Source: Acidobacteria bacterium UBA6911
GTDB lineage: Bacteria > Acidobacteriota > UBA6911 > RPQK01 > JAJDTT01
Assembly (NCBI GenBank): GCA_963579905.1
Contig: CAUZIZ010000007.1
Span: 1,462 to 65,461, forward strand
DNA: 64,000 bases
Direction of reading: 5' to 3'
Below are positions 1 to 10,496 of this stretch, one piece after another; the first letter of the stretch is position 1; the number at the start of each line of letters is the position of its first letter. Under the pieces are notes generated by a model. That model searched no databases and had not been told where the DNA came from. It was given only the letters and a program-made list of their open reading frames with translations. Made by a program: the position numbers and the translations under genes.

Positions 1-327
1 GTTCTTGGTGTCGCGAAGGGACTTCCGATCCACGATTGCAGGGCGCTGTCCTTCGTAGGTTTGAATGTCTGGCTTGTAGTCGAAAGTGTCGACCTGAGAA
101 GGACCTCCCGGCATGAAGAGCTGAATCACACGCTTGGCCTTGGGAGCGAAATGGGGAGCCTTTGGATCCAGGGACGAGACAACCGACTGAGGCGTCGCAG
201 ATAGCGTCGACTGAGAACTTCCCAGCTCGGCCACGACACCCGCGAGTCCCAGGGTGCCGAATCCCGCACCGATACGGCGGAGCATCTCGCGGCGAGTCAA
301 CGGCGGAATAGGATTGTCATGGAACAT
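1..327 (-). CDS. DUF1501 domain-containing protein, 5' part (runs off the window start)
   Basis: Manual translation [28 protein letters not shown]...[26 protein letters not shown]: Tat-like signal and the typical DUF1501 N-terminus, directly downstream of a DUF1549/1553 gene. Confidence 0.85.
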   Translation of the reverse strand, partial: MFHDNPIPPLTRREMLRRIGAGFGTLGLAGVVAELGSSQSTLSATPQSVVSSLDPKAPHFAPKAKRVIQLFMPGGPSQVDTFDYKPDIQTYEGQRPAIVDRKSLRDTKN

Positions 328-366
328 GGTTGCGAACTCCTCATCCACAAAATGGGATACCTGGTC

Positions 367-2720
367 CTATCTTACGTACATAAACTCGTTGGAGCTCATG
401 AGCACCTGGCCATACTGCTGCCAGGGTAACAACTTGGCACGGGACGAGGATCCCGATAGGAACTGGATCCCCATCTGCAATTCCTCTTCGCTTGGAGAAC
501 GGCTGAACAGGAGACGGTAGGCTCGCCCGATTCGCTCCTGGTCATTTTCTGCCTCGCGATGCAGTCTCTCGGAGAGCGCCTTGGCCCGCTCCACCATGAA
601 GGGACTGTTCATCAAGAAGAGAAACTGCTGAGGAACGATGCTGCTGGGACGCTTGGAGACCGTCGCTCTCATCGAAGGGAAGTCGAACAAGCGCAAAAAC
701 TCGTCGGACTCAAACTCGCTGCCGACCCGGCTGACCTTGGCGTAAAGTGTGCGCCGCTTGCTCTTGGTGATCTCCTCCACTGGCGGGCCGCCCCTTTCCG
801 AGTCCAGCTCTGCCGTCACCATCAATAGCGAATCCCGCCACGATTCGACGTCCATTCGCCTGGGATTCATCCGCCAGAGCAGCTCGTTGTCGCCGTCGAC
901 ACTGAAAGCAAGACTCTGGAAGCGGGTGCTCATCTGATAGGTGGCCGAGGCCATGATCAGCCGGTGCAGAGACTTGAGTGACCAGCCCGATTCGATGAAG
1001 GTCGCCGCCAGCCAGTCGAGCAATTCCGGATGGGTTGGTTTCAGACCGAGTGTCCCAAAGTTGCTGGGCGAGCGTACCAAGGCCTTGCCGAAGTGGTGCA
1101 TCCAAACCCGATTGACGATCACGCGTGCGGTCAGAGGATTCCGTGGGCTGGTGACGGCCTCGGCCAACTCGAGCCGGCCGCTTCCCTTGGCGAACGGCGG
1201 GGGATCTGCTCCAGCCACTATCTTCAGGAAACGACGAGGGGCCACCTCTCCTGGCTTTCTCAGGTCACCGCGAATCGCGACCGGCATGTCTTCGCTACCG
1301 GTCTCAGCCAGGACGTGCGCAAAGTCGTATTTTGGCGGGGACTCCTCTTTCAGTTCCTTGACCTGCTCTTCCCACTGTTTGTGCTGCTCTTCCTCCTGGT
1401 CGGTCAGCTCCCGCCCTTCGTCCTTGGCCAGTTTCCTGAAGTCGGTTCTCTTCTGCTCGATGTCCGTGATCTTCTGCTGGTGATCCTGGTAGACCTTGAC
1501 CACATCTTCGGGTGCCAGCGGTAGCTCACTCGCCTCCGTATTGTTGAAAACGCCGGCCAGCGAATAATAGTCCTGCTGTGGAATCGGATCGAACTTATGA
1601 TCGTGGCAGCGGGCACAGGAAACGGTGATCGCCATCAACCCGCGAGTCAGAGTGTCTATCCGGTCGTCAAGGGTCTCTCCCATTGCCTGGGAAACGCTAT
1701 CCGGGTCGCCCCCGTCCGAATGGTACTTGGGCCCCAGGGCGAAGAAGCCGGTTGCGAAGATATCTCGTCCCTCACCGATCAGGTCACCGCTGATCTGTAG
1801 CTTGATAAATCGGTTATACGGCACGTCACGGTTCAAGGCTTCTACGACCCAATCCCGGTAACGCCACGCTTGTGAAAGCTCCTGGTTGCGGTTGTCCAGG
1901 AATCCCCCGAATCCGTCACTGTAGCGTGCGATATCGAGCCAATGCCTTCCCCAGCGCTCACCATAGTGGGGTGAGTCCAGCAATTCCCCAACAACTTTCT
2001 CAATGGCAGCCCGCCTATTCCGCTGAGCCGCCTCGACAAACTTGTCTAGCTGCTGCGGCAGCGGCGGAAAGCCAACCAGATCGAGATAGACGCGCCGGAT
2101 GAGAACGTACAATTTAGCCGGAGGGGCAGGCTGCAAACCCGCTGCCGCAAGCCTCGAGTGGACGAACCGATCGATAGGATTGAGAATCCGAATTGTCGCG
2201 GGTAGATTTGGAGGAACGGGTTTCCGGATCGGGCGCCAAGCCCAATGTCCCCTTCTGAGGGCTGGCCAATCTAGCCTTCTCCCTTGGCCTGCGAGTCCGA
2301 AGCTTGCCTCGTTTCAGGCCAGGGGGGCCCCATTTCGACCCACTCCACCAGGTCCGCGATCTCGCGCTCCTCGAGCCTACCTCCCGGGGGCATCTTGAGT
2401 GACTGCCAGCGCACCGCCGCAACCAAGAGACTTTCTTCTGGCTTCCCCGGAACGATAGCTGGCCCCCGGGAACCTCCTTGCAGCAGCCCTGCCCGACTGT
2501 CGAGCCCCAGTTTGCTCTGCGGGACCTCGGTTTCAGCGCTGTGGCATTTGAAGCAGCGCTCGGCAAGCAGCGGCTTCACTCGCCGCTCAAAGAACTCAAT
2601 CTTGCTCCCCTGTTCGGATTCGGAGGCCAGAGACAGGCCCTCGGGAACAAAGGCCATCCCTACAACACAGAAGGCCACAAGAGCTTGCCCCAAAGAAATC
2701 TTCCAAAGACGCAAATACAT
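367..2720 (-). pseudogene. Planctomycete cytochrome c (PSCyt1)-DUF1549-DUF1553 protein, split by one frameshift near 2274
   Basis: ORF 2271-2720 has CFKCH and GGSRGPAIVPGKPEESLL. ORF 367-2136 has YGERWGRHWLD, CARCHDHKFDPI, HPELLDWLA. The second frame continues upstream as LDWPALRRGHWAWRPIRKP, joining at GGA GAA GGC TAG. Confidence 0.85.
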
Positions 2721-3054
2721 TATCCGGCCCGCCTACAGGACTAGCCGTTTTTCTGGCCAGCCGCAGGATCGACAGCAAAAGACCTCTGAAAATCGAGTTA
2801 TCGAAAGGATACTCCTTTCGCTCTCGGATAGAGAAGCAACAATAGATAGTATCTGGCCACAGTGCATCTCCAAGATAGTAAGCGACCCGTCAGACTCGAG
2901 TCTTCAAGGGCTAAGGACTGCGGGCGGCCCAAAAGCAAAGCATTGTTTGCCCTACGTCGGACTGCTGGACTCTTATCCAGACCGGGCTCCAATCAGGGTT
3001 TCTCATGGGAATCGGCTCTCACAAGCGTGTCCCCTTTGCCATCTAGGCCTAAAC

Positions 3055-3945
3055 ATGATCAGCCGACGCCAAGGCTTCAAGGCCTTTGCACAACTGCTGT
3101 TCTCTTCCCCGTTGCTGGCGGGACAGAAGCAGACCGCTGGGACCACCGAAGTCGGTCCTGGCGGTGAAGAACAACTTTACGATCTCATTAACGTGTTCGA
3201 CTTTGCCAAGCTGGCCCAGTCCAAGCTGGATCCGGTCGCCTGGGACTATATGGCCGAGGGATCGCAGGACGAGATATCCCTGCGCGACAATCGGAAGGCA
3301 TTCGAGCGCATCATCATCAGGCCGAAGATTCTGACTGATGTCCACAAGATCGACCTCTCCACCGACCTTCTGGGCCAGAAGCTCGACTTTCCGATTTTCG
3401 TCTGTCCGGCTGGCGGAAAGAACTGTTTCTTCCCCAATGGCGAAGAGGAGGTGGCAAAGGGAGCCGCACATTCCAAGACCCTAATGATCACCAATGGGGG
3501 AATCGACGACTACTTGACCTCGGGTCGCGGACCGTCCAACTGGTGGCAGGTCACCACCGGTGGTCGGTTCCGGAATAGGAACACGATGCTCAACTTCGTG
3601 GAAAAACTCGAAGGCGTGGGAGCTGCAGGCATCTGCTTCACAGTAGACAATATGCACGTCTCCCATCGGGAGAGGAACATTCGCAACCGTCTGGTCCGGC
3701 GCTGGTGCGAGACCGGGGTCCCGCGGGATGCCGATGGCAACCTGATCTACAAGGAAGAGGACCGACCCTGGCGCACGGGTCGCTATCCAGCGCGTCCCAC
3801 CCCCACCTGGGACACTGTTCGCCAATTGCGGGAAATGACCGATCTGTCGATTGTGATCAAGGGCGTCCTCACCGCCGAGGACACTGAGAAGTGTGTCGAG
3901 TACGGCATGTCGGCCGTCGTTGTATCCAACCACGGGGCCAGACAG
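3055..3945 (+). pseudogene. FMN-dependent alpha-hydroxy acid oxidase family, Tat signal, 3'-truncated
   Basis: MISRRQGFK..., AWDYMAEGSQDEISLRDN, VIKGVLTAED, VSNHGARQ. The sequence after HGARQ is transposase DNA and the C-terminal DGG.R.G.D motif is absent. Confidence 0.85.
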
Positions 3946-4406
3946 CAAGACCGCCTGGGCATATTGGCGCAGGCTGATCCAGGCTCAGCGACTGAGGGTG
4001 CCCAAGAGCTTGCGATCTTTTCGAAAGGTCGGGCGCAAGACCCGGGGAGGGTCCAGACGTACTGCCGATGGTCAGCCACTTCCAGGACTTCCTCAGTGAC
4101 CCACTCGACAAAGGCCGCCACCCGCTTGGCTTGGCATGAAGGACAAAAATATCTCGTTTTGCAAGAAAACGCTAAGAGCGCCTGGTGCGAACACTGCTGA
4201 CATTTCAGACGGGAAAAACCATGGCGCAAGCGGCCACACTCCAAGAAAAGGTCGACGGTCTTCTCTAGCACCGGCCGCCAGGGTCCGTACTCGGCCTCAT
4301 AGAAATAGGGGCAACTCTCCTTGAACTCTTGCCAATAGTCGTCCAGACACCGGCAGAAGGGGGTCTTCTCAGGATGGCGGGGCCGGTAGGGAGCCGTCCA
4401 GGACAT
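3946..4406 (-). mobile_element. IS91-like (Y2) transposase N-terminal zinc-binding fragment, decayed
   Basis: CGRLRHGFSRLKCQQC...AFSCKTRYFCPSCQAKR, HRQYVWTLP. After a frameshift it continues as VLRPTFRKDRKLLGTLSR*AWISLRQYAQAVL and then breaks off. Confidence 0.85.
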
Positions 4407-4981
4407 TCCCTACCGGAAGCGAATGCGTCGTCAAACCTACGGGGGCAATACCGGAACAACCTGAGAAATCAGCCACCGAGAGGAGCAGAGACGATAGGCG
4501 CCGGTGGGAAGGGGAAAACGGACGCTAGGGTATTGGAAGCCAACTGAAGAGCTCGACAACCTGAATGTCCGCTTTTAGGTGCGGTTTCAACCGATCGACG
4601 CAACACATAGGTCATTTCGGACGCTGTTTGTAAGATCGGGTGTCGACTATCACAACCCAAGTCGACAGGAACCCTCAATCTCAACGTCAAGCCGCTCACT
4701 TCCTCGTCTCTCCCGACATCACCCTTTCGAGGGGGTGGGGGGGGGCTTACCGCCGAAGCCTCCCCGAGACCGCCGTTTTCGGAACACCAGGTTGTTCGGC
4801 GATGTTCCGTTAAGCTCCCCAGCGGGGTTCGGTCTCGGGGCCCTTGCTGACCGGGCCTTTGCCGAAGGCGCTCATTCTTGACTGGAACCGGAACAATTCG
4901 CGAAGACTCGAGATGTTCGTGTTGCCGGCGTGGCGGACCGATCGAGTCCTTGCGCAGCTACGCGATCCGGGCCGAAAGGGG

Positions 4982-5736
4982 TTACTTGAATCGAAAGGAA
5001 TACAGGTCGGCATCCTGGATGACGAACCACAGGCGAACGGGTGTGTCAGGACCTGCATCGGATTCGCATCGGTATAACTCTTGGACCGCGCCCAGGTCAC
5101 GGTGGCTGCAATCTCGTCTCCGAAGAGGATCGGCGATTCCTGCAGGGTGAATCCAGGCAGGGGCTTCCCCGCTGCATTCAGGATTTCGACCCGGATGCTG
5201 CCGGCAGCTGATGTGGCGTAGTTGAGGATCAAGCTCTGGCCCCGGAAGCGCAACGGCCTGGTCACGATTCCCCCCTCGGGGTAGCCAGCGTGGGCCGAGG
5301 CGAAGCCGTCGACGCGGATCGCGTAGGCGTAGAAGTGCTCGGGGGGAGTGTCGCCGAACTCAAGTGGCACGGCCTCGGACCAGTGGATCAGGTCGGGCGA
5401 GATCGCCCGGATCATGGCGCGCACGCTCTGGTTGTTGAAGCGGAAGTAGCAGCCATAGCGCCCCTCGCTCGCGGACCAGAAGATGATCTTGCTCGAGTCG
5501 AAGGCGCCGGGGAGCGTGTTCGTGAACACCGGCGCCTCTCGCCACTTCCTCCAGTGCAGTCCGTCCCCCCCGGCTTCGATCAGGGCGTCGTCGATGAACA
5601 GCTCGAGCCGCGAGCCGATGTCGACAATCGTGTCCTTGACGGGGGCGGGCCCGGCGATCTGCGCCGGGAGCGTGAGGCCGCAGGCGGCGAGCGAGCCCGC
5701 AAAGGGGGCGAGGCGGCTGCAAGTCTTCATGGTCAT
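4982..5736 (-). pseudogene. Glycoside-hydrolase-like beta-propeller protein remnant (internal deletions plus C-terminal frameshift)
   Basis: DIGSRLELFIDDALIE, RVDGFASAHAG, NYATSAAGSIRVEI. The alternate frame ends PVRLWFVIQDADLYSFRFK* at 4982. Much shorter than the similar domain in 48779-52078. Confidence 0.7.
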
Positions 5737-5814
5737 CTTCCTCCCGATGGCATCGAGCGGCTCGACGACGGGTGCGTCCGGGGTTGTCGGAAATCTGCCT
5801 TGAGCCGGATTCAG

Positions 5815-6867
5815 CTAGTTCGCATCCGGCCAGATGAAATAGACATACTCGTTGGTGTCCCGCCCCTCGTAGATGATGCTGTACACTGCCATCAGCTCAT
5901 TGGGAACTTCGTCGTCGTACTTGTTGATGATGCAGTTTTGACTGTACCCGTCGGGGTGCTCCGTATCGCCACTGACGATGATTCCCTTTCCCCATCCCTC
6001 ACCGTCATTCGACTGATAGAGAACGAAGTGATGGCCCCCGTCTTTACCGTAGCCTGATCTTCCCTGCAGGTAGTACTTGCCGCTGAGATAGGCCAGCTCC
6101 GGGTCCCGGATCATCTTGTCCACATAGGCCTTCTGCTGCGGACCCCAGGTGTGGCCTTCGTCCTTGCTGATGCAGTAGTAGAAATGGTGCTCGTCCTTCT
6201 CTGTGTAGGCGCCGGCCAGCAATCGGCCGTCCGCCATGTTGGTCATGGTGCCATACCACTTGTCGTCGTCCAGACTCATGGCGCTCCGCTTGCTCCAGCG
6301 GCGTCCGTCGTCCCGGCTGGCGTACAGGACGTGGGGACCAGCATCCTGTTCCTCACCCACGTTGCTGTCGACCATAACGTAGTTGGTCTCGCCCGCCACC
6401 GCCGTGGAACAGGGATATCCGGTGAAATCCCCATCCAGGGTCTCGTAGGCCGTCCAGGTCGCACCGTTGTCGTAGCTCTTGATGGTTCCCAGCCGGATCC
6501 TGCTGGCGCTTCCGCCGGTTCTGAAGTGGGTGAGGAACAGGATGATGGTTCCCTTCTCTGTGACCAGTCCCTCCTCCACCCAGACGGGATACTTCTGGTC
6601 TTTCGCGTAGGCATCGAAGCTGTACTGCACCTTGTTGTAGCGCTTCCAGGTGCTACCGCCATCCTTGCTGAGGGCGTACTCGCTCCAGCCATCTAGATTG
6701 TGGTCGCTGGTGTTGGCATAGAACGCCGCGATGTCGCCGTTCGCATATTCCATGCACACCGGTCCTCCGTGGGAGCATCTCCCGGGAGTGTCGTTCTTGA
6801 AATCGGCAATGACGTCGCCGAAGATGTCGTCCCCGAGTTTGGTTGAAGGGTCGTGGTCGTAGATCAC
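5815..6867 (-). CDS. Sialidase-like BNR/Asp-box repeat protein, possibly N-terminally truncated
   Basis: Asp-boxes SKDGGSTW, SYDNGATW, SRDDGRRW, SKDEGHTW; no signal peptide at the GTG start. Confidence 0.75.
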   Translation of the reverse strand: MIYDHDPSTKLGDDIFGDVIADFKNDTPGRCSHGGPVCMEYANGDIAAFYANTSDHNLDGWSEYALSKDGGSTWKRYNKVQYSFDAYAKDQKYPVWVEEGLVTEKGTIILFLTHFRTGGSASRIRLGTIKSYDNGATWTAYETLDGDFTGYPCSTAVAGETNYVMVDSNVGEEQDAGPHVLYASRDDGRRWSKRSAMSLDDDKWYGTMTNMADGRLLAGAYTEKDEHHFYYCISKDEGHTWGPQQKAYVDKMIRDPELAYLSGKYYLQGRSGYGKDGGHHFVLYQSNDGEGWGKGIIVSGDTEHPDGYSQNCIINKYDDEVPNELMAVYSIIYEGRDTNEYVYFIWPDAN

Positions 6868-6900
6868 GGCGCCATCTCTTGCACTTTTTCGGGAAGACTA

Positions 6901-7200
6901 ACCTCTCTCCCAAGCAGCCTGCAACTGGAGTCAGGATTCGCCGCCGACCTTTCGTCCCTTCAAGCAGCATCCTACTGTTGCCACAGATTGCACCCACTGT
7001 CACGAACTGAGTCGACGCGGCCAATTCCGGTTCAAGGGGGGTGTTTCGACTGTCATGACAAGGAGGCCTTCGTCGAATCCCACCAGCATGCTCCTCACAT
7101 CCTGGAAGACTGCGGGAGATGCCACAATGCCCACGGATCGACCTCTGCCTCCCACTTGCTCCTGCCGCGGGAGCAGGCCTGTCGGCTCTGCCACAATTGA
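6901..7200 (+). pseudogene. Multiheme cytochrome c C-terminal remnant (4 CxxCH motifs)
   Basis: CTHCH in one frame, then a shift at the G run near 7035 to CFDCH, CGRCHNAHGS, CRLCH*; no start codon or signal peptide. Confidence 0.75.
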
Positions 7201-7224
7201 TTAGGAGGGCTACCGCGCAGACTC

Positions 7225-8010
7225 CTAGACCTTGATTCCGGCGTAGGAACAGCCCGGCACCAGAATGTCCGCACAAGTCTTGGTCGCGCGGTTCGAGCGA
7301 ATCAGGCGTAGAGCGAATCGATACACGCCCTGCCCTTCACTTTCACCGCGAAGCTCCCAGCGATCATAGGCCTGACTGAATCCATTCTTGCCAAAAAGCC
7401 TTCGGGCCTTGCTGGGTGTGAACCAATGCATGGCGGGTGTCCTGGTGTGACCTACCAAGTGTGGTCTCGCTTCCTTTACCCAAGACATGATTCGACGCTT
7501 CCATGGGTCTGGGTACCAACCAAAAAGAGGAAACCCCCGAATCTCATTCTGAAAAGGAGACATCGAGCTGGCCGTATTGAACCAAAAAGCGCCGCCAGGC
7601 CTGAGCACTCTCCGAACCTCTGCGAACGTCTTTTCCAGATCCTCGACATGTTCGATGCCCCCTGCGGCGTGAACGAGATCGAAAGTGTCACTGCTGCAGG
7701 GGATCGACTCCGCCCGGCCGGCGAACACTTCGATCGGAATCCTCAGATGTTCCGATAACCTGCTTGCGTTCTCTCGAGCCTCTTGCCAAGGCTCGACACC
7801 AATAGCCTTGTGACCGAAGCCATGGCAAACCGCGACAAAACTTCCAGCGGCAGCTCCCAGGTCGAGTATCTTGGCGTTCGCTGGTAGTCCGTAAGACTTT
7901 CCCAGCCGAGACAGGATGCTCTTTGCCCACGCCTTCTCACGGTCAAGGTCGGACAGAATCTCTTGAAATGAGCGTTGTTCGGTGGCTTTGCACTTACTGC
8001 GTCCAATCAT
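7225..8010 (-). CDS. Class I SAM-dependent methyltransferase (Methyltransf_11-like)
   Basis: ILDLGAAAG motif I, AESIP..SDTFDLV, EVRRVLRPGG. Confidence 0.85.
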   Translation of the reverse strand: MIGRSKCKATEQRSFQEILSDLDREKAWAKSILSRLGKSYGLPANAKILDLGAAAGSFVAVCHGFGHKAIGVEPWQEARENASRLSEHLRIPIEVFAGRAESIPCSSDTFDLVHAAGGIEHVEDLEKTFAEVRRVLRPGGAFWFNTASSMSPFQNEIRGFPLFGWYPDPWKRRIMSWVKEARPHLVGHTRTPAMHWFTPSKARRLFGKNGFSQAYDRWELRGESEGQGVYRFALRLIRSNRATKTCADILVPGCSYAGIKV

Positions 8011-8193
8011 GGTGGAACTGTTTCCTATACCCGATCAGGCAGATTTCTCCCGATCTTGTCCAGTAAGCGAGCCTTGATGCCTCAAACAGTCTCTGCCGCG
8101 AACAGATCCCCCAATAGTGAGGTTGGCAGCAATTGGATGTCAATGGTCCTACCTAGTGAGGCATGGCCTCAGACCAACAGGCAGCATGTCTAT

Positions 8194-8252
8194 TGTAGGA
8201 TGGGCACTCCTGCCCGTCGCGGATACTGGCGGGCAAGAGTGCCCATCCTACA
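8194..8252. repeat. REP-type palindrome TGTAGGATGGGCACTCCTGCCCG / CGGGCAAGAGTGCCCATCCTACA
   Basis: Near-perfect ~23-bp inverted repeat in an intergenic region. Confidence 0.8.
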
Positions 8253-8529
8253 GGTCACTGTTCTGTCAGATCTTATTTCTTAACGCCCCAAACCTGACTC
8301 AAATTCAACGAAGAACTTCAGACAAACCTTCCTAGCCCGAGGGCCACAGGCCTGGACACCTGGAGCCTACAGAATGTCAGGCACAGGTACTTGCGTATCT
8401 ATCCGGGAACCCTAGAGAATGGGATCGAGGGCCTTGACGATTGAGGAACTCCAGGGCTATCAAGAAGCGTGCATCTGCGGCGAAGAGACAGCCCTCGATC
8501 AGTCGGCCCGAAGTGATTAGGAGCACTGC

Positions 8530-9384
8530 ATGTCCATAGAAGACCGAATCCCTGACAACCTGGTGACGACCGACTGGGCCTCACTCAACACAGCCCAGAG
8601 AATCAAGCATTTAGAGATTGAGGGGTACGTCCTGATCCTAGATTTACTATCTAAGGATCAGGTAGCGACCATCAAAGAAGAGCTCGATCGACTTCCCACA
8701 ACCGCGACCGACTACAGCGAGAACCAGCGGGGATACTCCCACGTCCAGTGGACCGATTCCCCGAATGCAATTGACGTGATCGGCCTTCCGGCGATGGCGG
8801 ACTTCCTGGCCGCACTGTTCGGGGACGAAATCCTTTGCACTTCCTGCGTCTTTTCCGTTTCTAAACCGGGACATCCCGGCATTGCCATCCACACCGATTC
8901 CCAACCCTACGGATCCGCCATATTAGGCTTGCATGCCAGTGCTCCCAAGCTGGTACGGGTTCTCTACTACCTCGACGATCTCACCCCCGAGCGCTCGCCC
9001 CTGAAGATGATTCCGCACTCGCACCTGTCTCTACACGCGGACGCCAACCCCTATAACCGGTTCCTTAGCCACCCCGAGGAGGTGATGGTAACCTGTAAGG
9101 CAGGATCGGCGGCCATCATCAACCAGCAGGTCTTTCACGGCAACTATCCCAATCGCAGTCAGGAGGACCGACGCATGCTGGCCGTGGCATATCGTCCGGC
9201 CTGGGCAGGTCCGATCTTTGAAATACCCGATTGGGATCAAGAAAGCGTGGCCGCTCTACCAGATCACATCCGGCCCTTTTTCAAAAGTCTCAATACACGG
9301 AAGATCGACTTCAACGTGGGGAATCGACCTCCGAATATGGCGGAGGAGGCCCCGGGGATCAATCCCAGCCGCTGGGATGTCTGA
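8530..9384 (+). CDS. Phytanoyl-CoA dioxygenase family Fe(II)/2-oxoglutarate dioxygenase
   Basis: HTD...FHG facial triad, EIEGYVLILDLLS N-terminus, RRMLAVAYRPAWA. Confidence 0.85.
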   Translation: MSIEDRIPDNLVTTDWASLNTAQRIKHLEIEGYVLILDLLSKDQVATIKEELDRLPTTATDYSENQRGYSHVQWTDSPNAIDVIGLPAMADFLAALFGDEILCTSCVFSVSKPGHPGIAIHTDSQPYGSAILGLHASAPKLVRVLYYLDDLTPERSPLKMIPHSHLSLHADANPYNRFLSHPEEVMVTCKAGSAAIINQQVFHGNYPNRSQEDRRMLAVAYRPAWAGPIFEIPDWDQESVAALPDHIRPFFKSLNTRKIDFNVGNRPPNMAEEAPGINPSRWDV

Positions 9385-9414
9385 ATCGGAGCTGGCTGTT
9401 TGGGTCAGGGGGAA

Positions 9415-9966
9415 TCAACTTTGACCGGTATGATACGGCTCTCCGTAGTTGATCATCACGCTGCTCGCCGCGCCGTCCCTGCCGATCGTGACGATGTAGA
9501 GCCGATCGAACTCGTCCTCGTTGATCGCGGAGTTCGGTTCGCCGCCCAGCAGTTCGACCATCGATGGGGTGGTTGTGCTGTGACCAACCACTAAATGTCG
9601 GCTCCCTAACTTGCGCAGTATCTCGACTAGAGCAGGCAGATCTCGGGGATCATACAGCTCCACTTCCAGGCCGTACCCGGCAGCGGTGGGTGCGGCCGTC
9701 TCGCGCGTCCGGATGTAGTCGGAACTATGGATGTATTCGATCTTTGCGTTACGCAGAATGTTGGCCAGGATGACGGCCCGCTCGCGCCCGGCAACGGACA
9801 GCTGCGGATCCTTTCCGCGGTCGGATTTCTCGCCATGACGCACGAGGAATACAACCAGAGACTGACTTGTAGACGCGGGAAGAACGGTATCTGGAGTCGA
9901 TGAGCAGCCGATCGACGTGATTGTTAAGAGTAGCGTGGCAACCGTGGCCATGGACAGTCTTGTCAT
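9415..9966 (-). CDS. Histidine phosphatase (phosphoglycerate mutase/SixA-like), probable lipoprotein
   Basis: LVRHGEK, SSDYIRTRETA, LVVGHS; lipobox-like SIGC. Confidence 0.85.
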   Translation of the reverse strand: MTRLSMATVATLLLTITSIGCSSTPDTVLPASTSQSLVVFLVRHGEKSDRGKDPQLSVAGRERAVILANILRNAKIEYIHSSDYIRTRETAAPTAAGYGLEVELYDPRDLPALVEILRKLGSRHLVVGHSTTTPSMVELLGGEPNSAINEDEFDRLYIVTIGRDGAASSVMINYGEPYHTGQS

Positions 9967-10011
9967 GGTTGTGTCTCCCTCAAAGAGGCGAGCGCCAAGC
10001 AGAACGTTGTA

Positions 10012-10479
10012 CTAGCCAGTCTCAGCTCTATAGTTCTGCAATGCGTTGGGATGATCGAGGGTGCAGGTGTGGGCCCAGACCCTGCTTGTTCCCTTCCATT
10101 CCCAGGCTGACTTTATTGCCTGAGACAAGAAGTGGCCCCTAAAGCCTTGGCCGATGAACTTGGGCGCCAGACCGAAGGAGGCGATCTCTACATCGCCATC
10201 ACCTTGCTGTTGTAGCTCATAGTATCCAGCAGGGGATCCTCTGTAATAGGTGACCCACGTTCTACGGTAGTCGTTCTCTACGTAGGTTTCCCACTGTCCA
10301 TCTGACCAGGAGAGCCGATCCGTCCACTCCCAGGCTTCGCCTACCAGCTCATACAAGAACCGATTGAACTGAAACTGTTGGATGTCACATTCTTGCGTTC
10401 GCAATTCTTGAGATCCCTTCTTGCCTTTAAGCGAAGAGGAGAACTTCATTTCCAGGTAGTAAGTGGTGACTTCGTTCAT
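10012..10479 (-). CDS. GNAT family N-acetyltransferase (C-terminus possibly truncated)
   Basis: FGLAPKFIGQGFRG acetyl-CoA motif, WAHTCTLDHPNALQNY. Confidence 0.75.
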   Translation of the reverse strand: MNEVTTYYLEMKFSSSLKGKKGSQELRTQECDIQQFQFNRFLYELVGEAWEWTDRLSWSDGQWETYVENDYRRTWVTYYRGSPAGYYELQQQGDGDVEIASFGLAPKFIGQGFRGHFLSQAIKSAWEWKGTSRVWAHTCTLDHPNALQNYRAETG

Positions 10480-10496
10480 GATTCGGATGTTCGCAT

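Noticed and set aside
2284-4200. 638-aa ORF as one protein
   Set aside because: It is a chimera of antisense/intergenic sequence, the oxidase from 3055, and antisense transposase DNA
8452-8500. Possible mini-MITE AGGGCTATC...GACAGCCCT
   Set aside because: Only a 9-bp imperfect inverted repeat with no clear target duplication
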